Positions 13,690 through 25,121 of a stretch of 64,000 nucleotides of DNA are shown one piece after another (within the stretch, counting starts at the first letter, position 1; each line of letters opens with the position of its first letter). A model generated the notes under the pieces. The model was given only the letters and a program-made list of their open reading frames with translations. It did not search any database and was not told where the DNA came from. The stretch covers positions 271,808,001-271,872,000 of the forward strand of contig OZ024741.1 of assembly GCA_964016885.1 (NCBI GenBank), in the 5' to 3' direction. Both the position numbers and the translations under genes were made by a program. Origin of the DNA: Eledone cirrhosa. Taxonomy: Eukaryota.

Positions 13690-14380
13690 ACGAACAGCGC
13701 ATGCGCAATAGAACTAAATTCAGAGTAGTCACGCAAAAACTGAAATCTACTGCGGAGTTTAAAATCTCCTCTCACTTCTTCATTCTATCTCTATCTATTT
13801 TTATTATTATTAATTTTTTTTTTGTACTCATATAATTTAAAAATCATACACAATATTAATTAATTTATGTAATAACTAATCATAAATAATCAAAAATTTT
13901 CTACACGGAATTACATTTCTATTTATTCTGATCTGAATATAAATGTGGACATTTTATAAATAGGTTATAAACATGAAAAAATAAATGGGCATCGTGTTGT
14001 TTTCTCACGGTTGTTTTTTACAAACTTTTTTTTTTTGATATAATATAATATATATGTATATGTCTGTAAAAGATGAAATGAAATGTGTTGAAAGTTTTTA
14101 TTTATTGTATAAATGTAAATTAAATAGATAAAAATGTTTTTTTTCAATTTCTTGACACTAGTAGAAAGGAAGTAAATAAGAGTGAAATGAAAATATTTTA
14201 TTTGATAAAATCAAATTCCATCAATACTTATTCACGGTAGAAAGTATTAATGTTAATATATAATGAAATTGTTATTATGGTTATTAATTGTTATTTATGC
14301 TCGTGAATAATTAATATTTAACTTTAATTTTCTTACAAATATTATAATCACCCGGAAGCCTGTTGCATTCTGGGTAAAGT
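13690..14380. promoter_or_regulatory. Probable C6orf62 promoter region
   Basis: GCGCATGCGC (NRF1-type) at ~13698, CCGGAAG (ETS-type) at ~14352, TACCCAGAATGCA (ZNF143/Staf-like, minus strand) at ~14364-14376. Confidence 0.45.
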
Positions 14381-15560
14381 GAGTGTGCAACTTCTCTAGA
14401 GAAAGATTCCGAGAATACCAGAATGTTTATTCTTTCAATTCTGTTAGATAATTAGTTTCATTTTTATTATCGTTTTTAGGGACAACGCATATAATTTGAC
14501 TTCATTGAATATGAAACGTTTTATTAATAAAATTTTTTAAAATCACAAACAAATCTATTTCAAATAACACCAATACTATATACATAAATTGTTCAATTTG
14601 TTTTTTCTTTTTTGGCAGACGAAAATTTTATTTTGTTATCTGTTGTTTTACATACACATATTATGTCAACTATATTTTACAAAATATTATGGGGATGTGG
14701 TTAGAAGGTCTCGGGAAAGAATCGCTGAACAGATTTTACAGGCAAAAGCCAACCGATAGGAGACCCAAGGGTAAGCACTGAGCAAGATGATTGTCGCACT
14801 TGGTGGTGAATTTCCCTCCTCCCTATTTTCCCTTTTTTATCTCTCTTTTATGCGTTTATATTTGTCTAAATCGTTTGTGTTTTCGTTCAATAAGTATTAT
14901 ATTATATTTATACAAGTATGATCTGTAATAAAAGTTTAACTAAGTTAAGTAATGTAAAAAAAAACGCCGGGGGGGGGGGGTAATGAATGGCAGATCTGGC
15001 TATATAGTAGAGGAAAGAACTATAAATGAGGGGGGGGGGGCAAGGACTATTAGGTCACGGAAGAAAGAACGGGGAAAGTGGTATGAGCCTTAAATCAGTT
15101 TTTTTTTTTTTTTTCCTTTCTCAGAAAAAATTAACGAAGAGGAAATGAAAATCCCACTTAATATTAAACAGAATATGATGTCTAATTTCATTTTAAAAAC
15201 AAAAGACAGATTTCTAGTTGTTATTTAATCCCAGACGAATTTCTTACAATTACTCAGTATTGCGGTCAATTACATAATAGTTGAGACAAGCTCTAATTCG
15301 ACACCACTTAATGGTGGTGAGCTTCAGTCGACTCAAAATATATATATCTGTTAATAAAGTTTACAAAATCGAATGAGTTGATGTGATTATTCATTTTTGT
15401 GAACGTTATTATTGATTTACCTTTATTAATATATATATATACAATGATATTAAATAAATGGAAACTATTTATAAAACCATATTTATTCACTGGATAGTGA
15501 ATATCCAACCGATAAGGTATGATTTTCATGGGTATGTCTCTATTTATAAAACAAACTTTG

Positions 15561-15623
15561 TATTTTATCTGATGAAAGCGTACCAATGTGTCTTGGTACC
15601 CTTGAAATATATATAATAGAATA
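15561..15623 (+). ncRNA. Type-I hammerhead ribozyme motif
   Basis: tattttat-CTGATGA-aagcgtaccaa...ttggtaccctt-GAAA-tatata-TA-atagaata. Confidence 0.7.
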
Positions 15624-15757
15624 AATATGGTTTTATAAATATAGTTTCCATTTATTTAATATCATTGAATATTTACTCCAGTAAACTGTTGAGTGCTCTA
15701 AATCAGTTATAAACATTTATATTTGTCGGACTTCCAACAAATTAAATACCCCTACTA

Positions 15758-15800
<43 letters not shown>

Positions 15801-16099
15801 AGAGTCAGGACCCCGACGGCTGAGCTCCGGCCGTTTCGACAGCTAGGTCTGAGGCCCGGCGGCTGAGCTCTTGCCGTTTCGACAGCTAGTCACCCCCGCC
15901 CCGCCCATATATATATATATATATATACATATACATGCACGCATATATATATGTACGTCTGTATACATACATATATTTAAGTAACAGCGGTACTAAGAGT
16001 GAGAAATGAAATTTCGTTTCATTTTTTTCCGTTTATATATATATATATACTAGACCGAAAAATGCGGGCGCATGTGTATTAATATTCTTAAATAATAAT

Positions 16100-16283
16100 T
16101 GTTTCTACTTTAGGCACAAGGTTAGCAATTACCCAGTGCATTACTGGTACTTTATTTTATCGACCCCGTAAGGATGAAAGGCAAAGTCAACTTCGGCGGG
16201 ATTTGAACTCAGATCGTAAAGGGACGTAACTATACTGGAAAGCATGGCGTCCGACCCTCTACCGATACTGTCAATCCACCGCC
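16100..16283 (-). mobile_element. tRNA-derived SINE family A with 19-bp TSD; many other copies (~695-790, 7630-7850, 26050-26450, 32950-33143, 33978-34090, 37190-37465, 43355-43521, 54343-54435)
   Basis: Head GGCGGTGGATTG.CAGTATCGGTAGAG, B box GAGTTCAAATCCC, core CTTTCATCCTTACGGGGTCGATAAAATAAAGTACCAG. TSD aatattcttaaataataat at 16081-16099 and 16284-16302. Confidence 0.9.
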
Positions 16284-16734
16284 AATATTCTTAAATAATA
16301 ATAAACCTGGAAAAGTACAGGACAAGTAGAATTAACTCTTAAAATATTGAAGCTGGAATTTGAATTTGATGAATTCAATGTACAGTAAAATTAGCAATGC
16401 CAAGAGATAATAAGAAATAATAATGAATTAGGGGATTTATTAGATAGTAGGTCATCAGTTTGCCTAAGTCAGCAATCACCATGTTGCCAACCAAATGCAA
16501 TTAATGTCATCAATCTTTTGTACATAAATTGTCAGTTCATTTAAGTTGTCACTTTTTTTATCCCTTTAGTGGGTTAATTATACTGTATTACTTTAAAAAT
16601 TGACATTAAAAATTAATTGAAATTAATAGTAAAAAGTAATGAGCTAAATTTTGCATAAATTGTCATCATATTAAAATTATTAATCTAATTTCATTTTAAA
16701 AAAAGTTAAGCCAAAATTTGTCAAGATCGAATTA

Positions 16735-16851
16735 CAGTTGACTCTCCCAAATTGTCAGCGCCATTTTTGGCCCAACTTTTATTTTTTGTGACTCCCTAAT
16801 TGTCAGTCATTTTTACAGTTCCTTTGAGTGACAATTAGAGATAATCAACTG
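16735..16851. mobile_element. Tc1/mariner (pogo/Tigger-type) MITE
   Basis: TA|CAGTTGACTCTCCCAAATTGTCA ... TGACAATTAGAGATAATCAACTG|TA: imperfect ~23-bp TIRs with a TA target duplication. Confidence 0.65.
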
Positions 16852-17789
16852 TATTTCAAAAAGAAAATTTAATGATCAAGTGCAATATCATTCTGATTGA
16901 TAATCTGGATTACTGTTCCTTTCTTATGAGGAAAGCAGAGACTATCTTTTAGAGATTAGCACCAAAGATTAACTAGACCATTCCTAATGAATCAAGGTGA
17001 TTTCTAGATCGTTTCTAATTATTTAATTAATAATTAAAGTAAAAAATTATCTTGGTTGTCTTTAGGTCATTTTTGTGTTATTCTAAATCTATCCATGAAA
17101 GAGCTAGGAATGACCATTCCACATGCCAGTGCCGAAACGCTGGCACAGAAATGCCTGCACCGAAACGTCCTGTTCCATACCATCTTAACAACCTTCACCA
17201 CCTTGTGTTTAAGTGTGATGTCATAGGCTTATTATTGTACATTTAATTCATCAAATTCAAATTCCAGCTTCAATATTTTAAGAGTTAATTCTACTTGTCC
17301 TGTACTTTTCCAGGTTTATTATTATTTAAGAATATTAATACACATGCGCCCGCATTTTTCGGTCTAGTCCCCTTTTTTTTAAGGCATTGCAGCAAATTAT
17401 TTAATTTAAATTACCTTGACCATTTGCTAAGGCATTTACAATCTTTTTTTCATCAATAAAAATTAATTTTTCATTTCAATATTTCTATAAAATCCCAAAT
17501 ATTAAAATTGAAAAGGTATTTTGTAGAATATAATCAATAGAAACATTTGCCTTTTCTGAACACCCTTACTACAAGCCTGCAGGTGTGCCCATAGAGACAA
17601 AGCTATAATTGACTATACTCTAATGATTAATTTAGAGTTTAACTTAACAAGTGAAGTTATTAAATTTACTAGAAAAACAAGCAATTAAAATAACTGAGTC
17701 AAAAATAAATAAAATTAAGTCGTAAATAAATAAAATGCCAATAAACAGTGAGCTCAAATTCAACATTAATTTGTCCATAATTAGCAGTT

Positions 17790-18085
17790 AGTCCAAAATA
17801 AAATTAAGTAGTCCAAAATAAAATTATGTAGTCGAAAATCAGCATTTAGTCCAAAATAAAATTATGTAGTCGAAAATCAGCATTTAGTCCAAAATAAAAT
17901 TATGTAGTCGAAAATCAGCATTTAGTCCAAAATAAGCAGCAAATAGTCAAAAATAAAATTAAGTAGTCCAGAATCAGCATTTAGTCCAAAATAATCAGCA
18001 AGTAGTCCAAAACAAAATGAAGTAGTCCAGAATTAACAGTAATCCTAATTATAAGTTGGTAGTCCAAGATCAATAGTCCAAAATC
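17790..18085. repeat. Tandem repeat inside the Helitron (TAGTCCAAAAT-based units)
   Basis: Repeated tagtccaaaataaaattatgtagtcgaaaatcagcatt and shorter variants. Confidence 0.9.
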
Positions 18086-18492
18086 AAAAATCTAAATTTT
18101 TTCCATAAACAATACAACCACATTAGGTAACTTAGGAGGAAATTTATTGTGCCTTTTTTTGATAATGTTTTATTTTCAGCACCACTTTTTGCCAGACAAG
18201 TATAATGGCCTGCCGTGGATGATACTCCTTCATGAAGAATAGCAGCTTTTAATGTGAAATTTGTGCCATATATTTGCTGCTTTTTTGAACTAAAGTTCAT
18301 AATATCACAATTAATTCTTTGTTCTGCTTCATTATTAATCAAAAATCTACTAATTGAGATGACAAAATATTTGAAATCGTTAGTAAATTCAATTCTTGAA
18401 GTTATTTGATGCTCAGTATTTTCAGAACAAGGATCACTATTTAGTGAAAGTATTTGTTGTTGAAAGTAGAGATTTAAATTGTTGTGTGCCAT
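18070..18492 (-). pseudogene. Frameshifted C-terminal half of the USP-like domain
   Basis: KYFVISISRF (like the USP LxIxLKRF motif) and AAILHEGVSSTAGHY (His box) lie in a frame overlapping the end of the helicase ORF. Confidence 0.7.
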
Positions 18493-20540
18493 TAATAGGA
18501 TTTAATATCAAATCCTCTTTTATTTGAAATGGAAGTTCAGATTCTATACCACATCCAGGTCTTGAATTACAATTGCAAACATTGTTATTTAAAGCTTGGC
18601 AATTTGTTTGATGCAATCGGATGCATCTAGTATGATCAGTTTGAATAAATTGAAGTTTTTCTCTAAATACCAAGTCCAAATGTAGAGGGAGTTCTTTCCA
18701 AAATTCATGAGCACATTGCTGATTTCCATCATGAAATCTTCCTCCAATTCTTCTTCTTAAGTTAGAGACATTATTATGATTATTAAAAATGATATTGCTT
18801 AATTCTTGATGTACTCCATTCATATTAAAATTATGCAAATACTCTACAAATTCAGGCAATTGATTCAGTGATTGCACAACTGAATTTGCAAAACAAGCAT
18901 TTCTTTGATTGATCAATTGATGTTTAGGGATTAAAGTTTGGCTGTTTACATTTCTTTTCTTCTTTTTGGCAGGTTGGTTTGAATTTTCTTCCAAATTAAG
19001 TCTTTTAGTTCTTTTCTTGGGCATGCTAGAAGCATTTGCCATGCAAGGAGGCTTTTTCCTGCAAGGTGGCAATGGAGGCAAATCTGCTCTTCCAGTACTA
19101 GCCCGTAGTTTGTTGTACTCTTCCCATGCAGATTTGTCAACCATGATCAATGATCTTGGATCAAAGTCACAGAGATACACATTGCAAAGTTTTCTGGCTC
19201 TTGAAAGAGCCACATAAGCTTGACCATCAGAAAATATCTGATTTCCTAAATCAGCAATTATTCCATCCACAGAAATTCCTTGTGATTTGTGAATTGTTAT
19301 AGAGTAAGCAAGAGACAATGGAAATTGTGTTCTGGTGACAAAAACACCAGGAGAAATTTCATAGTCTGCTTGAACTCTTCCAATGGAAATTGGTTTGTCC
19401 TTTTTGGTATCAAAAGACACCAAAATTTTGTCAACATTGCTTCCATTCCCAATTAATTCAATAACTGTTCCAATAACACCATTGCATAAGCCTTGATCTA
19501 CATCAATGTTTCGTTTCAACATCACTCTTGCTCCAATTCCAACATTTAGCAAAGTTTCTAGTCCAGCAGTATCAGAAGTTTTCTTGTTTTTGCCTTTTTC
19601 AACATTTTTCTTTTTTCTTCCATTTACTTGTCTCATATCAGAATCTTTTGCAGCAAGTTTCACTGCATTTATGTTGCATTTTTTAATCATTTCATTATTC
19701 AACTCATCAACAGCTTCATTCAAAGGTAAAATGCATACAAATTTTAATTCAGGAATAGAATACAATTCAATCAATTTTTTAGCAATTTCTTCAACAGATG
19801 CTTTTCTATCAGGAAATAGGCATCTTTTTTTAAGAATGCTAATATCAGATTCTGATGGGGAACCAATCCTAATTCTTCCCAAAATATCAACATAGTTGTC
19901 TTTGTCTTCTTTTTGTCTCATATTAATGGTTAGCTCATCATATTGAAAGTATTTCCACAATGAATGCCCACTAATGCCAATTTCTGTTCTTTTGGCATCA
20001 TATGATGAAATTCTAGAAAATATTGGTTTTTCATTTACAGGTGGCAATTGCATCAAATCACCAAACAAAAGAAGATTCATTTTTCCAAAAGGATATGCCA
20101 TTTTTTTTGGATCTCCAAAAATTTCATCAAGCCTTTTGTGAATGAATGCCAGCATCAAGTGACTAACCATGCCAATTTCATCAATTATGAACAATCTGGC
20201 TCCTTCATACATATGGCATAAAATTTTCAAGTCCACTTTTTGCAATTCCTTGTAAGTTGGAAACTTTCCATGCTGAACTCCAATCATTAGAGTTCTGTGT
20301 AGAATATTTCCTTTTATTTGAAATGCACTCATGCCTGTTGGTCCACATATTATGACAGAAGTTCCATTAGATAGATCAGTCATAAGAGTTATTTTGTCAG
20401 ACAAAGTGTCAATCAAGAAACTTTTGCCTGTTCCACCAACACCAGAAACAAATTTGAGAAGCTGTGAGCAGTCATCACATCTGCATCTGGGTAGATGCTT
20501 GTCTTTATTCCAATGAAGCTCTTGTTTTTTATCGATAATG
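18437..20540 (-). CDS. PIF1-family (SF1B) helicase fused to a USP/C19 Cys box
   Basis: Walker A SGVGGTGKS lies in frame just upstream of the annotated start. Also IIDEIGMV, FGDLMQLPPV, ELTINMRQ, RVMLKRNIDVDQGLCNG, QFPLSLAYSITIHKSQG and GQAYVALSR, then LINQRNACFANSVVQSL and QQCAHEF. Confidence 0.9.
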
Positions 20541-21025
20541 TTATTTGAGTTACTTAAGGGAAACTACTTAGTACAGCTACGATGGATTTATACTAGAGCT
20601 ATGTCCCTTAGCGTTACTCCTCATCTGAATTTGTCACTTAAAGTCACACAACTCGATTTCTATGGCACCAATCTTTTCAATATTGACAAATTTCGATTCA
20701 GCTTATCGAGTTCTATCTACTGAGATAGATAGCATGAAATTATATTCGAAATTTAAAAAGTTATGATGTGTCAAAGTCAATAAGGTGCCTTATCCCCCAC
20801 TACTTGACCACACATATTTTAGCGTTACTTTTTTTCTACTGACCCAAACTTCAATTTCCTTATACCAAACTGTAGCCTGGGATGAGTCCATTCTAGTGCA
20901 AAAAAACTGATCAAATTTGGTTGAGAACTGAATTAGTGACAAGTCCTAGAAGTGACTGTCGTTTGGAAAAAGTTGACCTTAAGAATATTATTCACACACT
21001 ACCGTGTGTGAATGATATATATAAT
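20541..21025 (+). mobile_element. Non-autonomous Helentron-type (HINE/DINE-like) element
   Basis: Starts TTATT; sub-terminal inverted repeats CTTAAGGGAAACT (20553) and AGTTGACCTTAAG (20971); 14-bp 3' stem-loop at 20986-21017, then ATAAT. Confidence 0.6.
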
Positions 21026-21106
21026 GTGTGTTTGCTGAGAGCAAATGTTTTGGGGGGTTTGTTAGTTTTTTGTTGTTGTTGTTTTTTTCAGTTGTTTTCG
21101 TTATAT

Positions 21107-21822
21107 AATAATAATAATAATAATAATAATGAAATTATTGTGTACAGTGCTCAGGTGCACTACAACTCGTCAAAGGTGCATGTATAGTACATAGAATAAT
21201 ATACAAATGTCAGGGAAGTGAATAGTGTATGAGTCATGATATACATGTGTGCGTGTAAATGGAGGGGGAATATTAGGTGTAGTGTTGGCGAATCTCAGGA
21301 AGCATGGAGGTTTTAAAGGATGCACTGTCTCGACAGCTAATAACTGATGCAGGTAGTTTGTTCCATGCTTCAGCAACTCTGAGCCTGAAAAAATGTTTCC
21401 GAAAGTCATGGGAACTGTGCTGTTTTCTGACTTTGTGGGCATGCCCACGTGTGTTAAACACATGGAAATCAAAAAGATTCTCAGGGTTGTTATTGGCAAG
21501 ATGGTTAATAATTTTGTGGGTATTTACCAAGTCAGTTGCCAGATGTCGGAGCATCAATGTATCCATGCCCAGGGAAGCAAGGCGTTCACAGTATGGTAGA
21601 TGCCTGATGGAGGGTATTCGCTTGGTTGCACGTCTCTGAACAGTTTCCAGGCGGTCAATGTTCTGAGCAAGATAGGGGTTCCAGACTGGTGATGCAAATT
21701 CTAAGTGTGGCCGCACCATAGCGATATACAGCTTTAAATAGATAGCTGGAGAGCGGCTGGCAAAGGTCTTGCTGAGTGATGCTAAGATACCCTCAGCCTT
21801 CTTGACAATTTTAGAGACGTGC
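21107..21822 (-). mobile_element. CR1-clade LINE 3' fragment
   Basis: VRPHLEFASPVWNPY...LETVQRRATKRI...TRGH...RKHFF.LRVAEAWNKLP, with an (ATT)n tail. Confidence 0.9.
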
Positions 21823-22884
21823 TTATACTATAACATTTTCCAGGGAACCTCAGCCTGGTCACTCAACTTTTTTTTGTTTTTCATTGACTTGGAGGAGAAA
21901 GGACCTGTGAACTATTTCAGTGCCTCCCAGATTGCCAGGATGGAGGGACATATCCTTAAAACGGAGATTCGGTTGGAACTAAGTAGTCTCAGGTGCCAGG
22001 CGATGGCTTAAGTTTACTACAACCAGTGCAGAAATTGAGCATAAGCTATAGCTTAGGGTCACACACTCCCGGGGACCTCATTTTTTCAAATATATTTTTA
22101 TATTAGCATTAGTTTTAATTCTTTAACATTAAATCATAAATATTTATATACATATACATATATATGGAGGCACATGGCTTAGTGGTTAGAGCATTGGCCT
22201 TGCAATCGAAAGGTTGTGAGTTCAATTCTCAGACCGAGTGATGTCTTGTTTCCTTGAGCAAGACACTTTATTTCACATTGCTCCAGTTTACTCAGCTGTA
22301 GAAATGAAATGATAGGGACTGTGGTCCCTATCATTCCACTGCAAAGTGGTTGTGGAGGTGCCACGGCAAAAAAGCACCCAGCACTCACTGTAAATGAGGT
22401 TGGTGTTAGGAAGGGCATCCAGCTGTAGAAATCAAGCCAGAATCAGTTCCCGTCCCACCCTTGCAAGCAGGGAAAAAGCGGACGTAAAATGAAATGATGA
22501 TGAAATGATAATGATATATTATTAATGTTAATCATAAATAATAATCATATATTTTAATTTTTTTATCCGATTTTTCTTTAAGAGAAGGGCTTCAACAGTT
22601 CTGTCTATCATATTTCTCTACTAAGGCTAGGGCAGAAAATACTTTGAACCCAAAATCATGAAGTTGCAAGCTCACTTCGTAACCGCATAGCAATTCCTGT
22701 GCTCAAATGACACATCACCATGTTTAAAATATGGTACCCCTACAACAAATGGCTCCAAGGATTTAGATTCACAATCGAATATTACAGTGATGACATTATT
22801 CTGAAATATTAAGGTAGGACGGCGTCTGGGCAGGGTGGGATAGAAATGTTATTATTATTGGTGGAAATAAAAAGAAATAATAAT

Positions 22885-24030
22885 TATCAATCCCGCCGAG
22901 TTTGACTTTGCCTTTCATCCTTACTGGGTCAATAAAATAAAGTACCAGTAATGCACTTGGTAATTGCTGGCCTTGTTCCAAAAGTAGAAACAATTATTAT
23001 TATTATATAGGACGATGGGCGGTGGATTGGCAGTATCGGTAGAGGGTCGGACGCCAAGTTTCGCAGCAAAGAGTTACGGCTTTATGATCGGAGTTCAAAT
23101 CCCACCGAGATTAACTTTGCCTTTCATCCTTATAGGATCGATAAAATAAAGTACCAGTAATGCACTGAGATAATTGCTGGCCTTGTGCCAAAAATAGAAC
23201 CGATTATATAGGACGATGGATTGGCAGTAGAGCATCGGACAGCATACTTTAAGGTATAGAGTTACGGCCCTTTACTTCTGGGTTCAAATCCCGCCAAGGT
23301 TGGCTTTGATTTCATCTCTTTATGGTGTCGATAAAATAAAGTATCAGTAACACACTGAGGTCGATTTAATCGACTTTCCCCTCCCCAAAATTGCTGGCCT
23401 TGTGCCTAAATCAGAAACCATTATTATATAGGGCGGTGGATTGGCAGTATCGGTAGAGCGTCGGGTATGTTGTGTAGCACAGAGTTACGTCCCATTACGT
23501 TCTGAGTTCAAATCCCGTCAAGATTAGCTTTGCCTTTCGTCCTTACAGAGTCGGTAAAGTAAAGTACCAATGACGCATTAGGGTCGATTTAATCGTCTTT
23601 TTCCTCCACCAAAATTGCTGGCCTTGCACCTAAATCAGAGACTATTATTATTAATCAGATTTATGGTCTGAGTTCAAATCTCGCCGAGGTTAACTTTGCC
23701 TTTCATCCTTACAGGGTCGATAAAATAAAAGTACCAGTAATGTACTGGGATAATTGCTGGCCTTGTGCCAAAAGTAGAAACAATTATTATTAATCAGATT
23801 AAAAGATCGAAACTCGGAAGAAAACGTAATTCTTACTGAGGTGACATAGTGTTCAGTGATAAACAACATGCAGCCCGGCTGATAGTCTGTATGACAATAA
23901 TTTTCTGATTAGATCAATGTAGTAGCTGGTGGCGATATTTTCCAAAGTTATATCCCAACTCGAGGTCAACTTTGCCTTTCATCCATTCCAGGTCGATAAA
24001 AAAAGTACCAATCTAGTACAGGAGTCGATT
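22885..24030 (+). repeat. Head-to-tail cluster of about six family-A SINE copies
   Basis: Repeated core CTTTCATCC...GTCGATAAAATAAAGTACCAG, all in the same orientation. Confidence 0.85.
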
Positions 24031-24511
24031 CTTCCTCTATATCTCTTTCTCACTTCTGTTCTCTCACGTTTTATCTGCCCTTCTCTGGAAGAAATCTACT
24101 GTATTCAGATATGAAGAAGAGATGGGTTCGCCAGGTTTAAAGGGACAAAAAAAACAGGAAATATAAGCAATTGTTATTCACAGTTGTATAAATAACATTT
24201 GTACATTATTCTATGTACTATACATGTACCTTTGATAAGTTGTGGTGCACAATAATTTTCATTATTTTAAATATTATGTCATCGATAAACACAAATATAA
24301 ATACATATAATAAATACAATTAACTATTGCTAGGAACCTCACAAAAACAACGCACCAAAATATATGACCAGAGCAAGATAAAGAAGAAAAAAAAACTGGG
24401 GAAGCAAAAACAAAAACAAAAACGACCATCAATTCACCACAGTGTGCTACAATCGGCCACATGTCAAAAGGGTCAACGGAATATTTTGAAGCAAGCAAAT
24501 ACACTCGAAGC

Positions 24512-24916
24512 TATAATAGGGTTACTGGGTTGTATGAATATAACAAGAGACTCGGTTGTATGTACAATGTTTATTTAACAAGGTTGAGTTATGTAGAGCA
24601 GAATAGCTGACATGCCAAGAGAGACGAAAGGATGAATGAAAGTTAGTTGTATTACCGTTTTGAAGTCATCTCGCAAGAGACCAAGTGGTCTTTACATTAC
24701 CATGTTCAGGTTGCCAGAGAGTATAGCCTCGGCGAACGCGCCTGGCCGAAGACACCTGGCAGGTTAGAAGAGAAGGAGACAGCTTTGAGCTGTCTCTTTT
24801 ATAAGGTCCCTGGACGGAAGTGACAAGGAAGGTTCTGCCACCTCAACGGGAAGTAACTCCAGCTACTTCCTGTCTAGAGAGCGCTACTGGTGATAAGGGA
24901 GGCAACTATTGCTACA
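24512..24916 (-). mobile_element. Solo LTR
   Basis: On the minus strand it begins TGTAGC, has TATAAAA (~24797-24803) and AATAAA (~24570-24575), and ends TTATA (degenerate CA). Confidence 0.6.
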
Positions 24917-25021
24917 TTGCAATAGTTGCCTCCCTTATCACCAGTAGCGCTCTCTAGACAGGAAGTAGCTGGAGTTATTTCCCGTTGAGAGAGCGCTATT
25001 GGTGATAAGGGAGGCAAATAT

Positions 25022-25121
25022 CTCGGAACTGGTATGGACCGGGGGAATCCGACTGTCTAATTAAAACAGAGCATCGCGTAGCCGGCCGAGCCGCATAGAC
25101 GCGATGTGATTTCTGCCCAGT
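25022..25121 (+). pseudogene. 100-nt 28S rRNA fragment
   Basis: GAACTGGTATGGACC..GGGAATCCGACTGTCTAATTAAAAC..GCATCGCG...GACGCGATGTGATTTCTGCCCAGT is conserved eukaryotic LSU sequence. Confidence 0.9.

Larger units (their letters stand above)
16050..20540 (-). mobile_element. 5'-truncated Helitron (PIF1 helicase plus USP-like protease, no Rep domain left)
   Basis: Helicase ORF; minus-strand 3' end with hairpin ATGCG-CC-CGCAT followed by CTAG|T at 16050; internal tandem repeats. Confidence 0.75.

Noticed and set aside
18966-19895. Plus-strand ORFs over the helicase (and minus-strand ORFs at 44315-45526, 34802-35065)
   Set aside because: They are antisense shadows of real coding frames.
18437-20416. 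Host cellular PIF1 gene
   Set aside because: It is intronless and truncated, has a frameshifted tail, and lies next to Helitron-type termini and tandem repeats.
25022-25121. Functional rRNA gene
   Set aside because: Only 100 nt of 28S, with no flanking rDNA.
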